DNA of 63,762 nucleotides, filler included, from Octopus bimaculoides (Eukaryota), in assembly GCF_001194135.2 (NCBI RefSeq). It is 5 parts of 5 records of this genome, joined end to end, with 100 filler letters (N's around TTAATTAATTAA, not from the genome) between each part and the next. Parts side by side here need not be neighbours in the genome. Positions count along the whole stretch, not along the records: positions 1 to 14,215 come from NC_068995.1; 4 more parts are not named here. One strand, 5' to 3'. The notes under the pieces are model-generated. The model worked only from the letters and a program-made list of their open reading frames with translations, made no database searches and was not told the DNA's origin. The first letter of the stretch is position 1; each line of letters begins with the position of its first letter. Positions 1 to 11,912 of the stretch are shown here, in pieces. Made by a program: the position numbers and the translations under genes.

Positions 1-196
1 TATATATAATAATATTATTAGGGACAAAATCCAAAATTACAGGTAAAAAACTCAATTAAAATCAATTTATAAAAAATTAAAATTATATTGAGCCTTATAG
101 ATAAAGTATATATAAAATATATATAATTATTAATTTTTCTATATGTGATAGTGGATTTTCATCGATGAGTTCTTGAAAATTGGTTATTTTCCCTAA

Positions 197-234
<38 letters not shown>

Positions 235-289
235 GTGTGTGTGTGTGTGTGTGTGTTTGCATATATGTATGTATTCGTGCGTCTGTGGT

Positions 290-480
290 TTTCGCCCCAC
301 CACTGCTTGACAACTGATGTTGGTGTGTTTACGTCCCCGCAACTTAGCGGTTTGGCAAAAGAGACCGAATGATTGAGTACTAGGCTTACAAAGAAAAAGC
401 CCTGGAGTCGATTTGTTTGACTAAAGGTGGTGCTCCAGCATGGTCGCTGTCAAATGAGTGAACAAATATAAGAATAAAAG
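290..480 (+). mobile_element. 3' half of tRNA-derived SINE (family A)
   Basis: Body and tail (GTCGATTTGTTTGACTAAAGGTGGTGCTCCAGCATGG...AAGAATAAAAG) match fuller copies at 8113, 26959, 30568 and 34501. Confidence 0.8.
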
Positions 481-919
481 AATATATATGCTATATATAT
501 TTAATTGTCCCCATTAGTTTGAATTTCTCGCCTTTCTTGACAGTAATTAATTATTAAGGCTAATGATTTTTTCCTCCTCACTTGTGTAATTATAATTAAA
601 GCTATTTGCTTCGTTGGTTTATTGGTAACAACTTTGCTGTTGTTTTCCATACAGATGGTGGCTCTGAGTAATATCACACCATTCATTTAAATATTTTGTT
701 TTCGTTGAAAAGCCAACAATGGGAGCTCTGCATGATTGCTTACTCACCGTGCGAAAATTAGCGGCTAAATATACTTCAAATAACAAGTAGAGTCTTAAAA
801 TTGAATGACCCTGGACAATACTCAGTGTCTAGAAATAAAGACGGATGGTCACGGAGAGAATGTCTTGACAGTAGGTCTACTCAGTGCATGTGTCTAAATG
901 GCTACTGGAAATGAGATTG

Positions 920-975
920 GACAATTGTCGTGCTGATGACGGCTATTGAGCTAGAAACACGGGTCCTCGATTGTC
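920..975 (+). ncRNA. Candidate minimal type-I hammerhead ribozyme
   Basis: CTGATGA 933-939; stem II GGCT/AGCT with loop ATTG; GAAA 954-957; stem III AC-ACGG-GT; C17 at 965 (GUC site); stem I CGTG/CTCG plus GACAAT/ATTGTC. The base of stem II is a C.A mismatch. Confidence 0.55.
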
Positions 976-1156
976 GTCTTATCTTCATACTCTGGAAGAA
1001 AGGAAATGACTGGATGGTCACAGTTGGAATGTCTTTGATCATAGGTGGATTGTAACATCAACAACAGCAATAGCATCATCATCGTCGTGGTCGTGGTCGT
1101 CGTGGTCGTCATCATCATCATCATTATCATCAATAATCAACATCAGCAACAACTAC

Positions 1157-1157
<1 letters not shown>

Positions 1158-1246
<89 letters not shown>
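1158..1246. repeat. (AGT)n followed directly by (ACT)n microsatellite
   Basis: Read directly from the sequence. Confidence 0.95.
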
Positions 1247-1264
1247 GGTTACCTACCATCACAA

Positions 1265-1332
1265 CCACCGTGGGACTGAACTCAGAACCCTGTATTTGAG
1301 AAGCAAGCTTCTTACCACAGAGCCTCGCCTGA
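1265..1332 (-). mobile_element. SINE family A 5' head fragment
   Basis: GTGGGACTGAACTCAGAACC...GCAAGCTTCTTACCACAGAGCC matches the reverse complement of the family A tRNA-like head. Confidence 0.6.
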
Positions 1333-1344
1333 TCGGCATTCTCT

Positions 1345-1354
1345 CACTATTGCC

Positions 1355-1407
<53 letters not shown>

Positions 1408-1652
1408 CTCAATAGTGATGTTGAAGTTATGGGGAGAGGGCGCTGTCCAGTAAACCACAGTACGGCCATTGAATGCACTGGTTCTGCGTGGTTTGACTTA
1501 CTTCACTGACTTTCGTTGGTGTTGTGGATGTTGTGATGTGATATACGTCACTCACTGAGGATGAAGATGAAGGTGACGATAGTGATGGTCATAAGGACAG
1601 AAGTATGGCTGCAGCTGCTACTGTTGCTGCTAATGGTGATGATGATGACGAC

Positions 1653-1687
<35 letters not shown>

Positions 1688-1742
1688 GGAGGAGGAGGAG
1701 GAGGAGAAGGGCAGTGATAAACATCACAAGGCAGAATTGTTT

Positions 1743-1773
<31 letters not shown>

Positions 1774-1871
1774 TGATAATTCTAATGATGGCGTTAATAG
1801 ATTACTGAAGACTGATGAAATGACGACGACGACGACGACGAAGGTGATGATGACGACGTAGATGACGATGG

Positions 1872-1916
<45 letters not shown>
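1345..1916. repeat. Compound microsatellites (CT)n, (GAT)n, (GAG)n, (CTG)n, (GAC)n
   Basis: Read directly; these explain the homopolymeric ORFs at 1561-1968. Confidence 0.95.
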
Positions 1917-3885
1917 CGCCAGGAAGTCTATTAAAACCACCGACTCTTTCTCTGAAGAAGACGATCAAATCAAAGCGTCACATATGATACTACCTCTCTC
2001 CCCCCACCTCACCCCACCCACTCTACTCCATTCCACTCCATAAATATAAAAACATGAAGGAGAAAATTTAAATACGGACTCGTTTACCAAGTGAATTTGT
2101 CAAGTAACCAATTAAAAATGTTGAGCTTCATTAATATTAATGGAACAATAAATTATTAGTAAAAACAATCTTTTTAAAAAATTTGCTTGAAAGAACTCTT
2201 AATGAACGAATCAGCATTTGCAGGCTTTGGTGGTTGTAAACCATTAAAACAACTGTGTGAAAATGAATATATATTCAACAGCTTGTTTAAAGCAACTGTA
2301 TACAAGTCAATGTATAGTGTACAGCGAGTTTAAAACAACTGCATAAAAGTCAATATATATTACTTCTCGCCATTAATATTGCCTCTGTCGCTAATAAATA
2401 TTTTTTAACAAACTCACTGGCTAATTGCGCCTGTTCTGGCACTGTTACTCTATATATCGCTAGTGGAGAGATGAGTTGCTGTTATGTCTAGCGGTCGAGC
2501 GTCCATCATTGACAAGACCAAGGAAGCTCAAAATTATGTGATTTGGTTTTCTCGGCGCTGAAGGTAGCGGAGATTTATCTCTCCGCTAAAAATCCAATAT
2601 GAAAGTTTCTGTCATGGTATCTACCGCAGTATACTTTGTTCTAACAGAACATCGACGTTTAAGTGGAGATAAATATTACCTCTCGGTATTAATACTGACT
2701 CTGACACTAAATAAATATTTTTATCACATTATATTGAAATTACCTTCTGGAACCAACATTTCAATGATAAACAATACATGAGATTTAATTCCTGTAACTT
2801 TTGGCAGACTTTCTTGTTTTAACACCACAACCAGGCTTTTGTGTACCTTTAATGAAGCCCACTCTGTTGCAAATATTCAGACTAGGGTGCAGATTTGAGG
2901 ATAGTGTCCCACTTTTTTTCCTCTACCTATGGAGCCTATACTTCCTTCTTTCCATGACCCATGTACTCTACCCTTCCTCCTCTTACTATTCTCTCAAAAA
3001 TATGCTTCCAGGTTAACAGTAAGTTTATGTTGTTTTTTAATCCTAAGTCAGCCCCGATCAAAAAGACCTATGATTAAAAGTATTCGAACCTTGACCACAT
3101 ACACATTAATTTAATTAAAGCATAGCCAGCTTCCACTCAGATCAACAAATGTTTTGTTTGCTGATTTCTATATAGGAAGGCATGTTCCTAGTCACCTCTG
3201 AATGACAGGGATCTCTGCCGCTGAGAAGGAGAAATTAAGCTGATCACCAGTGCCTGGCGAGCCTAACGTCGTTTGGAGCTTATTGTGTATTTAACACACA
3301 AAGTCTCCGAGGAAAAGTTTCTCTGGGGCAAAATTTCACAGGCAGCCGCGTCTATGATTGTATATATATTACATATAATAAGCACACCGTTATTTTGACT
3401 ATCCTATGTTTTTGTATATCTTGGACTATAGTACCTAATGTATTCCTTCTTTTGTAAAACAGCAGGTGTGATTTGGAGAGAATTTAGCAGTCATTTCTAG
3501 TATCTTAAGTGACTGATTAAAGGTTGAAACTTGAAAGAGAGCGTTGAGTAACTCTAGGAGTTACTTAAGTGTAAACAGAGAAAAGGAAACAAAATTAGGG
3601 CTTATCATATCCATAATCAATGATTAAAATTTACTTTCGGCTCTCTACCTTTTAACTATACTAGCTTAACTGTACATTTGTAATGAATTATATGTGTAAC
3701 AAATAAATGAGAGGAAGAAAATATTAATTAGTTGAAATGGATCTCTATTCTCATCGTTATAATATAAGATACAACCTCTTCGAGCTGTTATTATTTACAA
3801 ATTGTTTGCAGTTCTGTTATCCATTATGCAGGTAGTTAACTTCATTTTTTGTTGACAGGTAGAAGACTGGTGGAAAAGGGGGAAG

Positions 3886-3892
<7 letters not shown>

Positions 3893-3959
<67 letters not shown>

Positions 3960-3976
3960 AGAGAGAGAGTGAGAGA
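3893..3976. repeat. (GA)n microsatellite
   Basis: Read directly. Confidence 0.95.
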
Positions 3977-5433
3977 GTCTAGACAAGTAGAGAGGGTAAA
4001 AACTGTTGCTTCCTCCGTCGGAGTTGAAAGAAAGAAGGATGAACCGAATTTGGTTACTGTATTTATAGATGTTGTAAAACTGGATGTAGGTCAGAGGACA
4101 ATGGAAAGAAATAAGTTTATCTCTCTCGAACTATATTTAATCTAAGAATGTTCACTTAAACAATAGAACTTAAATGTAACAGTTGACTCTCACAAATTTC
4201 TAAGTGCAAAAGCTGAGTACAATAGGAAAGAAACTTGAAGAAAAATATAGATTCGGTTTCAAATCCTAGCTTAAAGATAAAGAAATCTATTCGTTACATA
4301 TTGTTCATACAGAAGTCACTGGTCGAAAATTATCAGTGTCATTGTTTTAATTATTTTCGCACGGCATACACTATATCAGTAATTCTAGGGTCTTGGCGGC
4401 TGTGAGTGGAGTAAGGTTAACTGAGGAGGACAAATATGACCTAAACATGTGAGCGGTTGTCACTCTAGCAATGAAGCATCAAACTCCTGAATATATCTGC
4501 TTTTAATTTTCGCCTTAATGACATAATGATACGCAAATCGTTTCGAGATTAAATTTCATCAATTCTAATGTCTTTCTTTCTCTTTACAGTTGGAATTACA
4601 ACTGATTATTTATTATGTCCGTAACTAAATATCCCCAGAACATTCAAACTCAACTAAATACGCAAGGCGTTTAGGCTTGACAGAATAACGCAGGGCATTT
4701 CGAATAAATACCCAGTCATTTCAGTTTCTTGCTCAACTGATTCTACAACTGATCTCTGAATCGATTATATTGATCCCAGTACTTCCTCGCACCCTGTTTC
4801 TTTTTTTCCCCCGGTTTCAAGAAGGATAAAAGTAAAGTTGTTACTGGTGCTTTCTGAACTCAGATCCTGTAAGAATCACAGAATTAAATACCACAGAACA
4901 CTTTGACATCTGTTCCACTCTACAACCGCGTCAATCCGTCACTCAAATATCGCAAGAGTGCTGTTGTCAATCAGCTGACTAAAGACTTCTTCAGTCTTGG
5001 AGTTTTTCTGTGTTTCTGTTTGTTTAGCTGCCACCGATTTATTGCCATTTTATTAAACATCCCTCTTTCATACACGTACGCACACACATAAACACAATCA
5101 CAAACACTCATGAAATCTTTAAAAGAAGCACAAATCAGCAGGAACTCCAACCAATTTGACAACATGTCAGTATTACACAAGCAACAGCAACACCCCTTCC
5201 CCACACTCCACTTCTACATCGCTCTCTCCCCTTCCCCAACTCACACCCTAAAACCTTCCTCTCCTTCATCTGTCTATTATTGTTCCAGTATTATTCTCAG
5301 CTTCTATCAACCCTCACCATTTACGAGGCACACGCACACATATAAACACATATATACGCGCGTGCGCAGTATATATATATATGTGCGTCGGAAATAAAAG
5401 AAATTATTTAACACATGCGTATAACTTCATTTA

Positions 5434-5477
<44 letters not shown>

Positions 5478-5532
5478 ATGCTATTCCGATACAACAGTAT
5501 TAATTCCAGCGAAGTAGAGCACCGTAAAGGTA

Positions 5533-5960
5533 GAATTACAAATAGAAAATAGTGGTACAAGGCACCAATGTTTGCTGGAAATAGCAGTCGATAACGGTAC
5601 GACGCTATGTAAAGCTTCACTGAATATATACTGTCAAAGATGTGTGCGGGCAACGAATATAAAAAAAATTTCGTGTTACCTCTAGTAAGAACACCGGATA
5701 AATGAACAACCTAGTACTCGAGTTTCTGACTTTTCTAATACGTAAATTCGGTTAGTCTTCATCAGCTAGATTCACCAAACACGAAATTTTATAATATTCG
5801 TTACATCAATGCTAGAATATTCGGTTGAACGCCTAGCCGCAAATAGAACCGAAATCAGTATATATTCAGTAAAGCTTTACATAGCGTCGTACTGTTATCG
5901 ACTGCTATTTCCAGCAAACATTGGTGCCTTGTTCTATCACTGATTTCTATTTATATATTC
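5533..5960. mobile_element. Fold-back/MITE-like element with ~93-bp outer and ~25-bp inner inverted repeats
   Basis: 5541-5633 is the near-perfect reverse complement of 5856-5951; 5653-5677 pairs with 5778-5801. Confidence 0.75.
5708..5772 (-). ncRNA. Candidate minimal type-I hammerhead ribozyme
   Basis: Minus strand: AATCTAG-CTGATGA-A-GACT..(22 nt)..AGTC-A-GAAA-C-TCGA-GT-A-CTAGGTT. This gives a 7-bp stem I, a palindromic ACTCGAGT stem III and a GUA cleavage triplet. An extra A flanks each side of stem II. Confidence 0.6.
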
Positions 5961-5982
5961 TTTTATTCTTTTATTTGTTTCA

Positions 5983-6435
5983 GAGGGTAGATTTTGTATG
6001 GAGCTGTGTGCGTATGATCTTCTAGCTGATGATAGGTGGGTGTTCCTTGCGTTTTGCATATACAGCTGCTGATAGCTCGTTGGATCTCCTGGCTTAGGTC
6101 GGCCTTCATATTTTCTAGATAAGTTAGTAAAAAAGAGTTGCCTCTTTGGTTTGTCACTTGGTCAGATGATACATCGTTCATATTTATGTTATTTGGTGTT
6201 ATGGTTTTCCCACAGTTCCGTCTTCGTTGTTTAATTTTAGGAGGTAAAGTGTGGTTGTATTTTGTTTTTGTTGTTTTTGTAGCACTCCTCTATTGCTGGT
6301 TAGTTTATTTTTCGTTCGTTTTGTGCTCTTCAGATGGTGGTAGCTGCATTCTAGGTTCAGGTACGTCTTAGAATTTTGGCACAGTTTAGGATGGAAGAAG
6401 GTGCATCCGTTGCCTTTTTGCATCCATATTTAGGA
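5983..6435 (-). mobile_element. Decayed ORF1-like LINE remnant with CCCH-type zinc-finger motifs
   Basis: Frameshifted KYGCKK/GNGCTFFHPKLCQNS..NLECSYHHLK followed by a low-complexity linker and YLENMKADLSQEIQRAI. It resembles ORF1 of CR1/Jockey-group elements (from memory). Confidence 0.4.
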
Positions 6436-6505
6436 TCAGGGCCAAGACTGTGAAAGAGTAAAAGAGTATAACTATATATATATATATATAACAATATATA
6501 TATAT

Positions 6506-6563
<58 letters not shown>

Positions 6564-7629
6564 TGTTATATTTCGGGTTGGTCAATTTTATANNNNNNNN
6601 NNNNNNNNNNNNNNNNNNNNNNNNNNNNNNNNNNNNNNNNNNNNNNNNNNNNNNNNNNNNNNNNNNNNNNNNNNNNNNNNNNNNNNNNNNNNNNNNNNNN
6701 NNNNNNNNNNNNNNNNNNNNNNNNNNNNNNNNNNNNNNNNNNNNNNNNNNNNNNNNNNNNNNNNNNNNNNNNNNNNNNNNNNNNNNNNNNNNNNNNNNNN
6801 NNNNNNNNNNNNNNNNNNNNNNNNNNNNNNNNNNNNNNNNNNNNNNNNNNNNNNNNNNNNNNNNNNNNNNNNNNNNNNNNNNNNNNNNNNNNNNNNNNNN
6901 NNNNNNNNNNNNNNNNNNNNNNNNNNNNNNNNNNNNNNNNNNNNNNNNNNNNNNNNNNNNNNNNNNNNNNNNNNNNNNNNNNNNNNNNNNNNNNNNNNNN
7001 NNNNNNNNNNNNNNNNNNNNNNNNNNNNNNNNNNNNNNNNNNNNNNNNNNNNNNNNNNNNNNTGAGAAACCTTTTCATGCTTGGATTTGTAAACTACGAT
7101 AAGAATAACACTGGTCAACAAAGAATTTGTGGTCAATATAAAGTTCGTCAACACAACATGCAATTGGAACAAAACACAATGTGCGGCTGTCATGGTAACA
7201 AGCTGTTAATGCCTCGTTGTCTGTTGATTTGCTAAAATTACCCAAACTTCCCAACTTTAATTCCAAATAACATCAGATTCTTTAATTTACGAGATTAAGT
7301 AATTGGTTGATCGTAATCAAAATTCAGAGTTGCATCAATACACCAAAATTGAAAGCAATCTGAGTAAAATTAAAGGGGGCTCATTTTGCGAATGAAAAAA
7401 GACTAGATCCTATATATATACATAAATAATATTCGTAGCCACTTTAACATGGCTATCCGTTCGAGCGGACTCTACTGCGATTTTTTAACCTCAAGAGGTT
7501 AACAATGCACAGCTGCATCCAATAAAATTCCGAGAAGGGGAGCGAACCCCTACCATCTCCTATAACCAGAATATAACTTTAGGTCATCAACAAATAAATG
7601 CGTGGGTGATATTAATTTTATTCGTTTTT

Positions 7630-8058
7630 GCATGTTCCAGCATGTAGCCTTGACATTTTTTTAAACACGGCTGACGAAGAGTTCACTGCCGGTACAACCA
7701 TTACAGATAAACTATCACCCTGGAATATGTCTGTTCATAGCTTAATTCTGCTCGCAACAATAGGTGTTGCTGTACTACTTATCGATGATAACTGTGTGGA
7801 CCATGTTGTGGTCAGCCTTCCAATGGCACTCACTATAGCAGCTGGTACTTTAGCAAGGTGTATTATCCATGAGTGAGGGAGAATTAAACACCTTCTTGTA
7901 TTCTAGGCACACTGTTAAGAGATTACAGCAACGTTGCTTGGCTTCTTTAAGGATAGCTGTGTCGAGGAGGAGCTGTTCAGCACAGGTCCAGACATCCTTC
8001 TGTCTTCCTGCCAGCTCATCAGTTATTACACCATTTGTTTGGCAGTGGTCTTGGATAA
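7630..8058 (-). mobile_element. Decayed reverse-transcriptase fragment of an R4/Dong-like non-LTR retrotransposon
   Basis: ELAGRQKDVWTCAEQLLLDTAILKEAKQRCCNLLTVCLEYKKVF, then after frameshifts HSWII and IFQGDSLS; these are typical RT motifs of RLE-type elements. Confidence 0.8.
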
Positions 8059-8112
8059 ATATGCATGTATGCATGTATGTATGTATGTATGTATGTATGT
8101 ATGTATGTATGT

Positions 8113-8471
8113 ATTCTATTCTCTTATTCTTTTACTTGTTTCAGTCATTTGACTGCGGCATGCTGGAGCACCACCTTTAGTCGAACAAATCGACCCCAGG
8201 ACTTATTCGTTGTAAGCCTAGTACTTATTCTATCGGTGTATTTTGCCGAACCGCTAAGTTACACCAACATCGGTTGTCAAACGATGGTGGAGGGACAAAC
8301 ACATAACAGATACATAACAAATACATACATATACACGACGGGCTTCTTTCAGTTTCCGTCTACCAAGTCCACTCACAAGACACTTGCCTAAGGCGCCACG
8401 CAGTGGGACTGAACCCGGAACCATGTGGCTGGGAAGCCTGTTTCTTACTACAGAGGCACGACTGCGCCTAT
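8113..8471 (-). mobile_element. SINE family A, near full length
   Basis: tRNA-like head with B-box-like GGTTCCGGGTTCAGTCCC on the minus strand, shared body and AAGTAAAAG tail. Confidence 0.85.
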
Positions 8472-8765
8472 GTATGTAGAATGATGTAAGGTAAACTTAT
8501 TTTCGACACAAAGGACTCAGAGCTGTGTTGGATAAAATCTAAATGTCTTTCCATCCCGTGAGCTGAGAGAAAGAGAGAGAGGGAGGGAGAGAGAGAGAGA
8601 GAGGGAGAAAGAGAGNNNNNNNNNNNNNNNNNNNNNNNNNNNNNNNNNNNNNNNNNNNNNNNNNNNNNNNNNNNNNNNNNNNNNNNNNNNNNNNNNNNNN
8701 NNNNNNNNNNNNNNNNNNNNNNNNNNNNNNNNNNNNNNNNNNNNNNNNNNNNNNNNNNNNNNNNN

Positions 8766-8798
<33 letters not shown>

Positions 8799-9151
8799 AC
8801 GCACCCACGCACACACACTCACGCACACATACGCATTTATACATACATACACACACACATATATATATATATAAACATACGCACATATGCATATTTATAT
8901 TTATATTTATATCTATATATTAACATACACACGCATTTATGTATATATATACCAATATTTATTTATATGTTTGTATATATATATATGTATATATGTATAT
9001 ATATATTTACATATGCTTGTATGTATATATATGTGTGTTTGCATATATGCATGTATGTGATACAATGGATCAATAATATTTTTGGTATTAAGATAAGAGA
9101 ATGGCAATCTTGCAAAAAAAAAATTTTTTATATAAGAAGAGGGGGCGAAGA

Positions 9152-9182
<31 letters not shown>

Positions 9183-9924
9183 AAGAAGAAGAAGAAGAAG
9201 AAGAAGAANNNNNNNNNNNNNNNNNNNNNNNNNNNNNNNNNNNNNNNNNNNNNNNNNNNNNNNNNNNNNNNNNNNNNNNNNNNNNNNNNNNNNNNNNNNN
9301 NNNNNNNNNNNNNNNNNNNNNNNNNNNNNNNNNNNNNNNNNNNNNNNNNNNNNNNNNNNNNNNNNNNNNNNNNNNNNNNNNNNNNNNNNNNNNNNNNNNN
9401 NNNNNNNNNNNNNNNNNNNNNNNNNNNNNNNNNNNNNNNNNNNNNNNNNNNNNNNNNNNNNNNNNNNNNNNNNNNNNNNNNNNNNNNNNNNNNNNNNNNN
9501 NNNNNNNNNNNNNNNNNNNNNNNNNNNNNNNNNNNNNNNNNNNNNNNNNNNNNNNNNNNNNNNNNNNNNNNNNNNNNNNNNNNNNNNNNNNNNNNNNNNN
9601 NNNNNNNNNNNNNNNNNNNNNNNNNNNNNNNNNNNNNNNNNNNNNNNNNNNNNNNNNNNNNNNNNNNNNNNNNNNNNNNNNNNNNNNNNNNNNNNNNNNN
9701 NNNNNNNNNNNNNNNNNNNNNNNNNNNNNNNNNNNNNNNNNNNNNNNNNNNNNNNNNNNNNNNNNNNNNNNNNNNNNNNNNNNNNNNNNNNNNNNNNNNN
9801 NNNNNNNNNNNNNNNNNNNNNNNNNNNNNNNNNNNNNNNNNNNNNNNNNNNNNNNNNNNNNNNNNNNNNNNNNNNNNNNNNNNNNNNNNNNNNNNNNNNN
9901 NNNNNNNNNNNNNNNNNNNNNNNN

Positions 9925-9964
<40 letters not shown>

Positions 9965-10784
9965 TTCCTGTTTCTTTGTGTTTTTTGTTTGTCGTATCAC
10001 AATTCTTCATTTTCTCCAGATGAACCCTCAACCCTCTCCACTCTCTCCTCCTCCCCACCATTACTTGGGTAAAAACATTTTAGCTTCTGCCTGCCTTGAT
10101 TTCCCTTTCGTTGTTGTTTTCTTTGTAACAAAACAACATGAATATCAAAAACAGCAACAACAACAAACCCATCTACAACCACCACCGCCACCATCACTAC
10201 CCACATAATCTTGCGACTACCTAATGCAGAGAGAAATAATAGAAAGAAATTGGTAAAGAGGAATTCTATAATGGAACACCAAATTCTTATTGGCTTTACT
10301 TACGGGAATAGTAAAAGTGATGTAATACTTCTCGTATCAGCCCCATCTCCTCGTGATTTTCACTCGGAAATTTGCATGTCAACTCCATCTCCAGGAGCCT
10401 TAACCCTCGCCCCAAATTTCTCCATACCTTACACCGCACACCGATCGCATCACACATTATATACAATTCCAATCCCACCACACTTTTCATAACTAAATCC
10501 CTCCTATATAAACATAGAAACCCTATTCCTCAAGTAGGTTTAGTGATCACATGTTGAGCTCTAGACTTCTTCGACTCGTTTACTCAATAAAGAAATAGGT
10601 AGCAGATCATGACATCTTCTTTACATGATATCTTTACATGATATCTTCTTTATTGTGGGATCCTTTCCAGGCGCAGATTTATTTTTCTTCTTTCGCTACT
10701 ATGCAACTTAAACTAAGTACCAATTCCTAAAAATACTTTTCGCATCGCAGCTTTGGAAATATTCATTCTATTATTCTTTAACTC

Positions 10785-10995
10785 GTGTCAGTCACATGTT
10801 CCCTCCATTTGAATCGCTTAGCACTTCTTAACCAAACTGTCACTCCCTGGCATATATATTACGTGCTCATACCAGTGCAACCTCCACTCTTGCATACTAT
10901 GCTTCATTTCACTTATACCAAATTTTCTTCTCAACTCATTCCTGCTCCTTCGTTCATTCGCACTAACGTTCTGTAAACCAGCAGAGCATGGTCAC
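10785..10995 (-). mobile_element. Decayed RTE LINE C-terminal fragment
   Basis: Minus-strand translation ELRRKFGISEMKHSMQEWRLHWYEHVIYM...SLVKKC*AIQMEGTC matches the RTE peptide at 22250-22545. Confidence 0.6.
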
Positions 10996-11030
10996 CTAAT
11001 TCCTTTCTAGTATTCACATACCCTCATTTA

Positions 11031-11067
<37 letters not shown>

Positions 11068-11912
11068 NNNNNNNNNNNNNNNNNNNNNNNNNNNNNNNNN
11101 NNNNNNNNNNNNNNNNNNNNNNNNNNNNNNNNNNNNNNNNNNNNNNNNNNNNNNNNNNNNNNNNNNNNNNNNNNNNNNNNNNNNNNNNNNNNNNNNNNNN
11201 NNNNNNNNNNNNNNNNNNNNNNNNNNNNNNNNNNNNNNNNNNNNNNNNNNNNNNNNNNNNNNNNNNNNNNNNNNNNNNNNNNNNNNNNNNNNNNNNNNNN
11301 NNNNNNNNNNNNNNNNNNNNNNNNNNNNNNNNNNNNNNNNNNNNNNNNNNNNNNNNNNNNNNNNNNNNNNNNNNNNNNNNNNNNNNNNNNNNNNNNNNNN
11401 NNNNNNNNNNNNNNNNNNNNNNNNNNNNNNNNNNNNNNNNNNNNNNNNNNNNNNNNNNNNNNNNNNNNNNNNNNNNNNNNNNNNNNNNNNNNNNNNNNNN
11501 NNNNNNNNNNNNNNNNNNNNNNNNNNNNNNNNNNNNNNNNNNNNNNNNNNNNNNNNNNNNNNNNNNNNNNNNNNNNNNNNNNNNNNNNNNNNNNNNNNNN
11601 NNNNNNNNNNNNNNNNNNNNNNNNNNNNNNNNNNNNNNNNNNNNNNNNNNNNNNNNNNNNNNNNNNNNNNNNNNNNNNNNNNNNNNNNNNNNNNNNNNNN
11701 NNNNNNNNNNNNNNNNNNNNNNNNNNNNNNNNNNNNNNNNNNNNNNNNNNNNNNNNNNNNNNNNNNNNNNNNNNNNNNNNNNNNNNNNNNNNNNNNNNNN
11801 NNNNNNNNNNNNNNNNNNNNNNNNNNNNNNNNNNNNNNNNNNNNNNNNNNNNNNNNNNNNNNNNNNNNNNNNNNNNNNNNNNNNNNNNNNNNNNNNNNNN
11901 NNNNNNNNNNNN

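Noticed and set aside
1045-1968. Poly-amino-acid ORFs here and throughout the window (poly-D/E, poly-I, HT/YI/CV repeats, poly-K at 51473)
   Set aside because: Translations of microsatellites with no flanking protein signal.
4570-5400. Repeat-poor stretch with an acceptor-like site at about 4588 and a promoter or 5' UTR feel
   Set aside because: No open frame, donor site or recognisable motif supports it.
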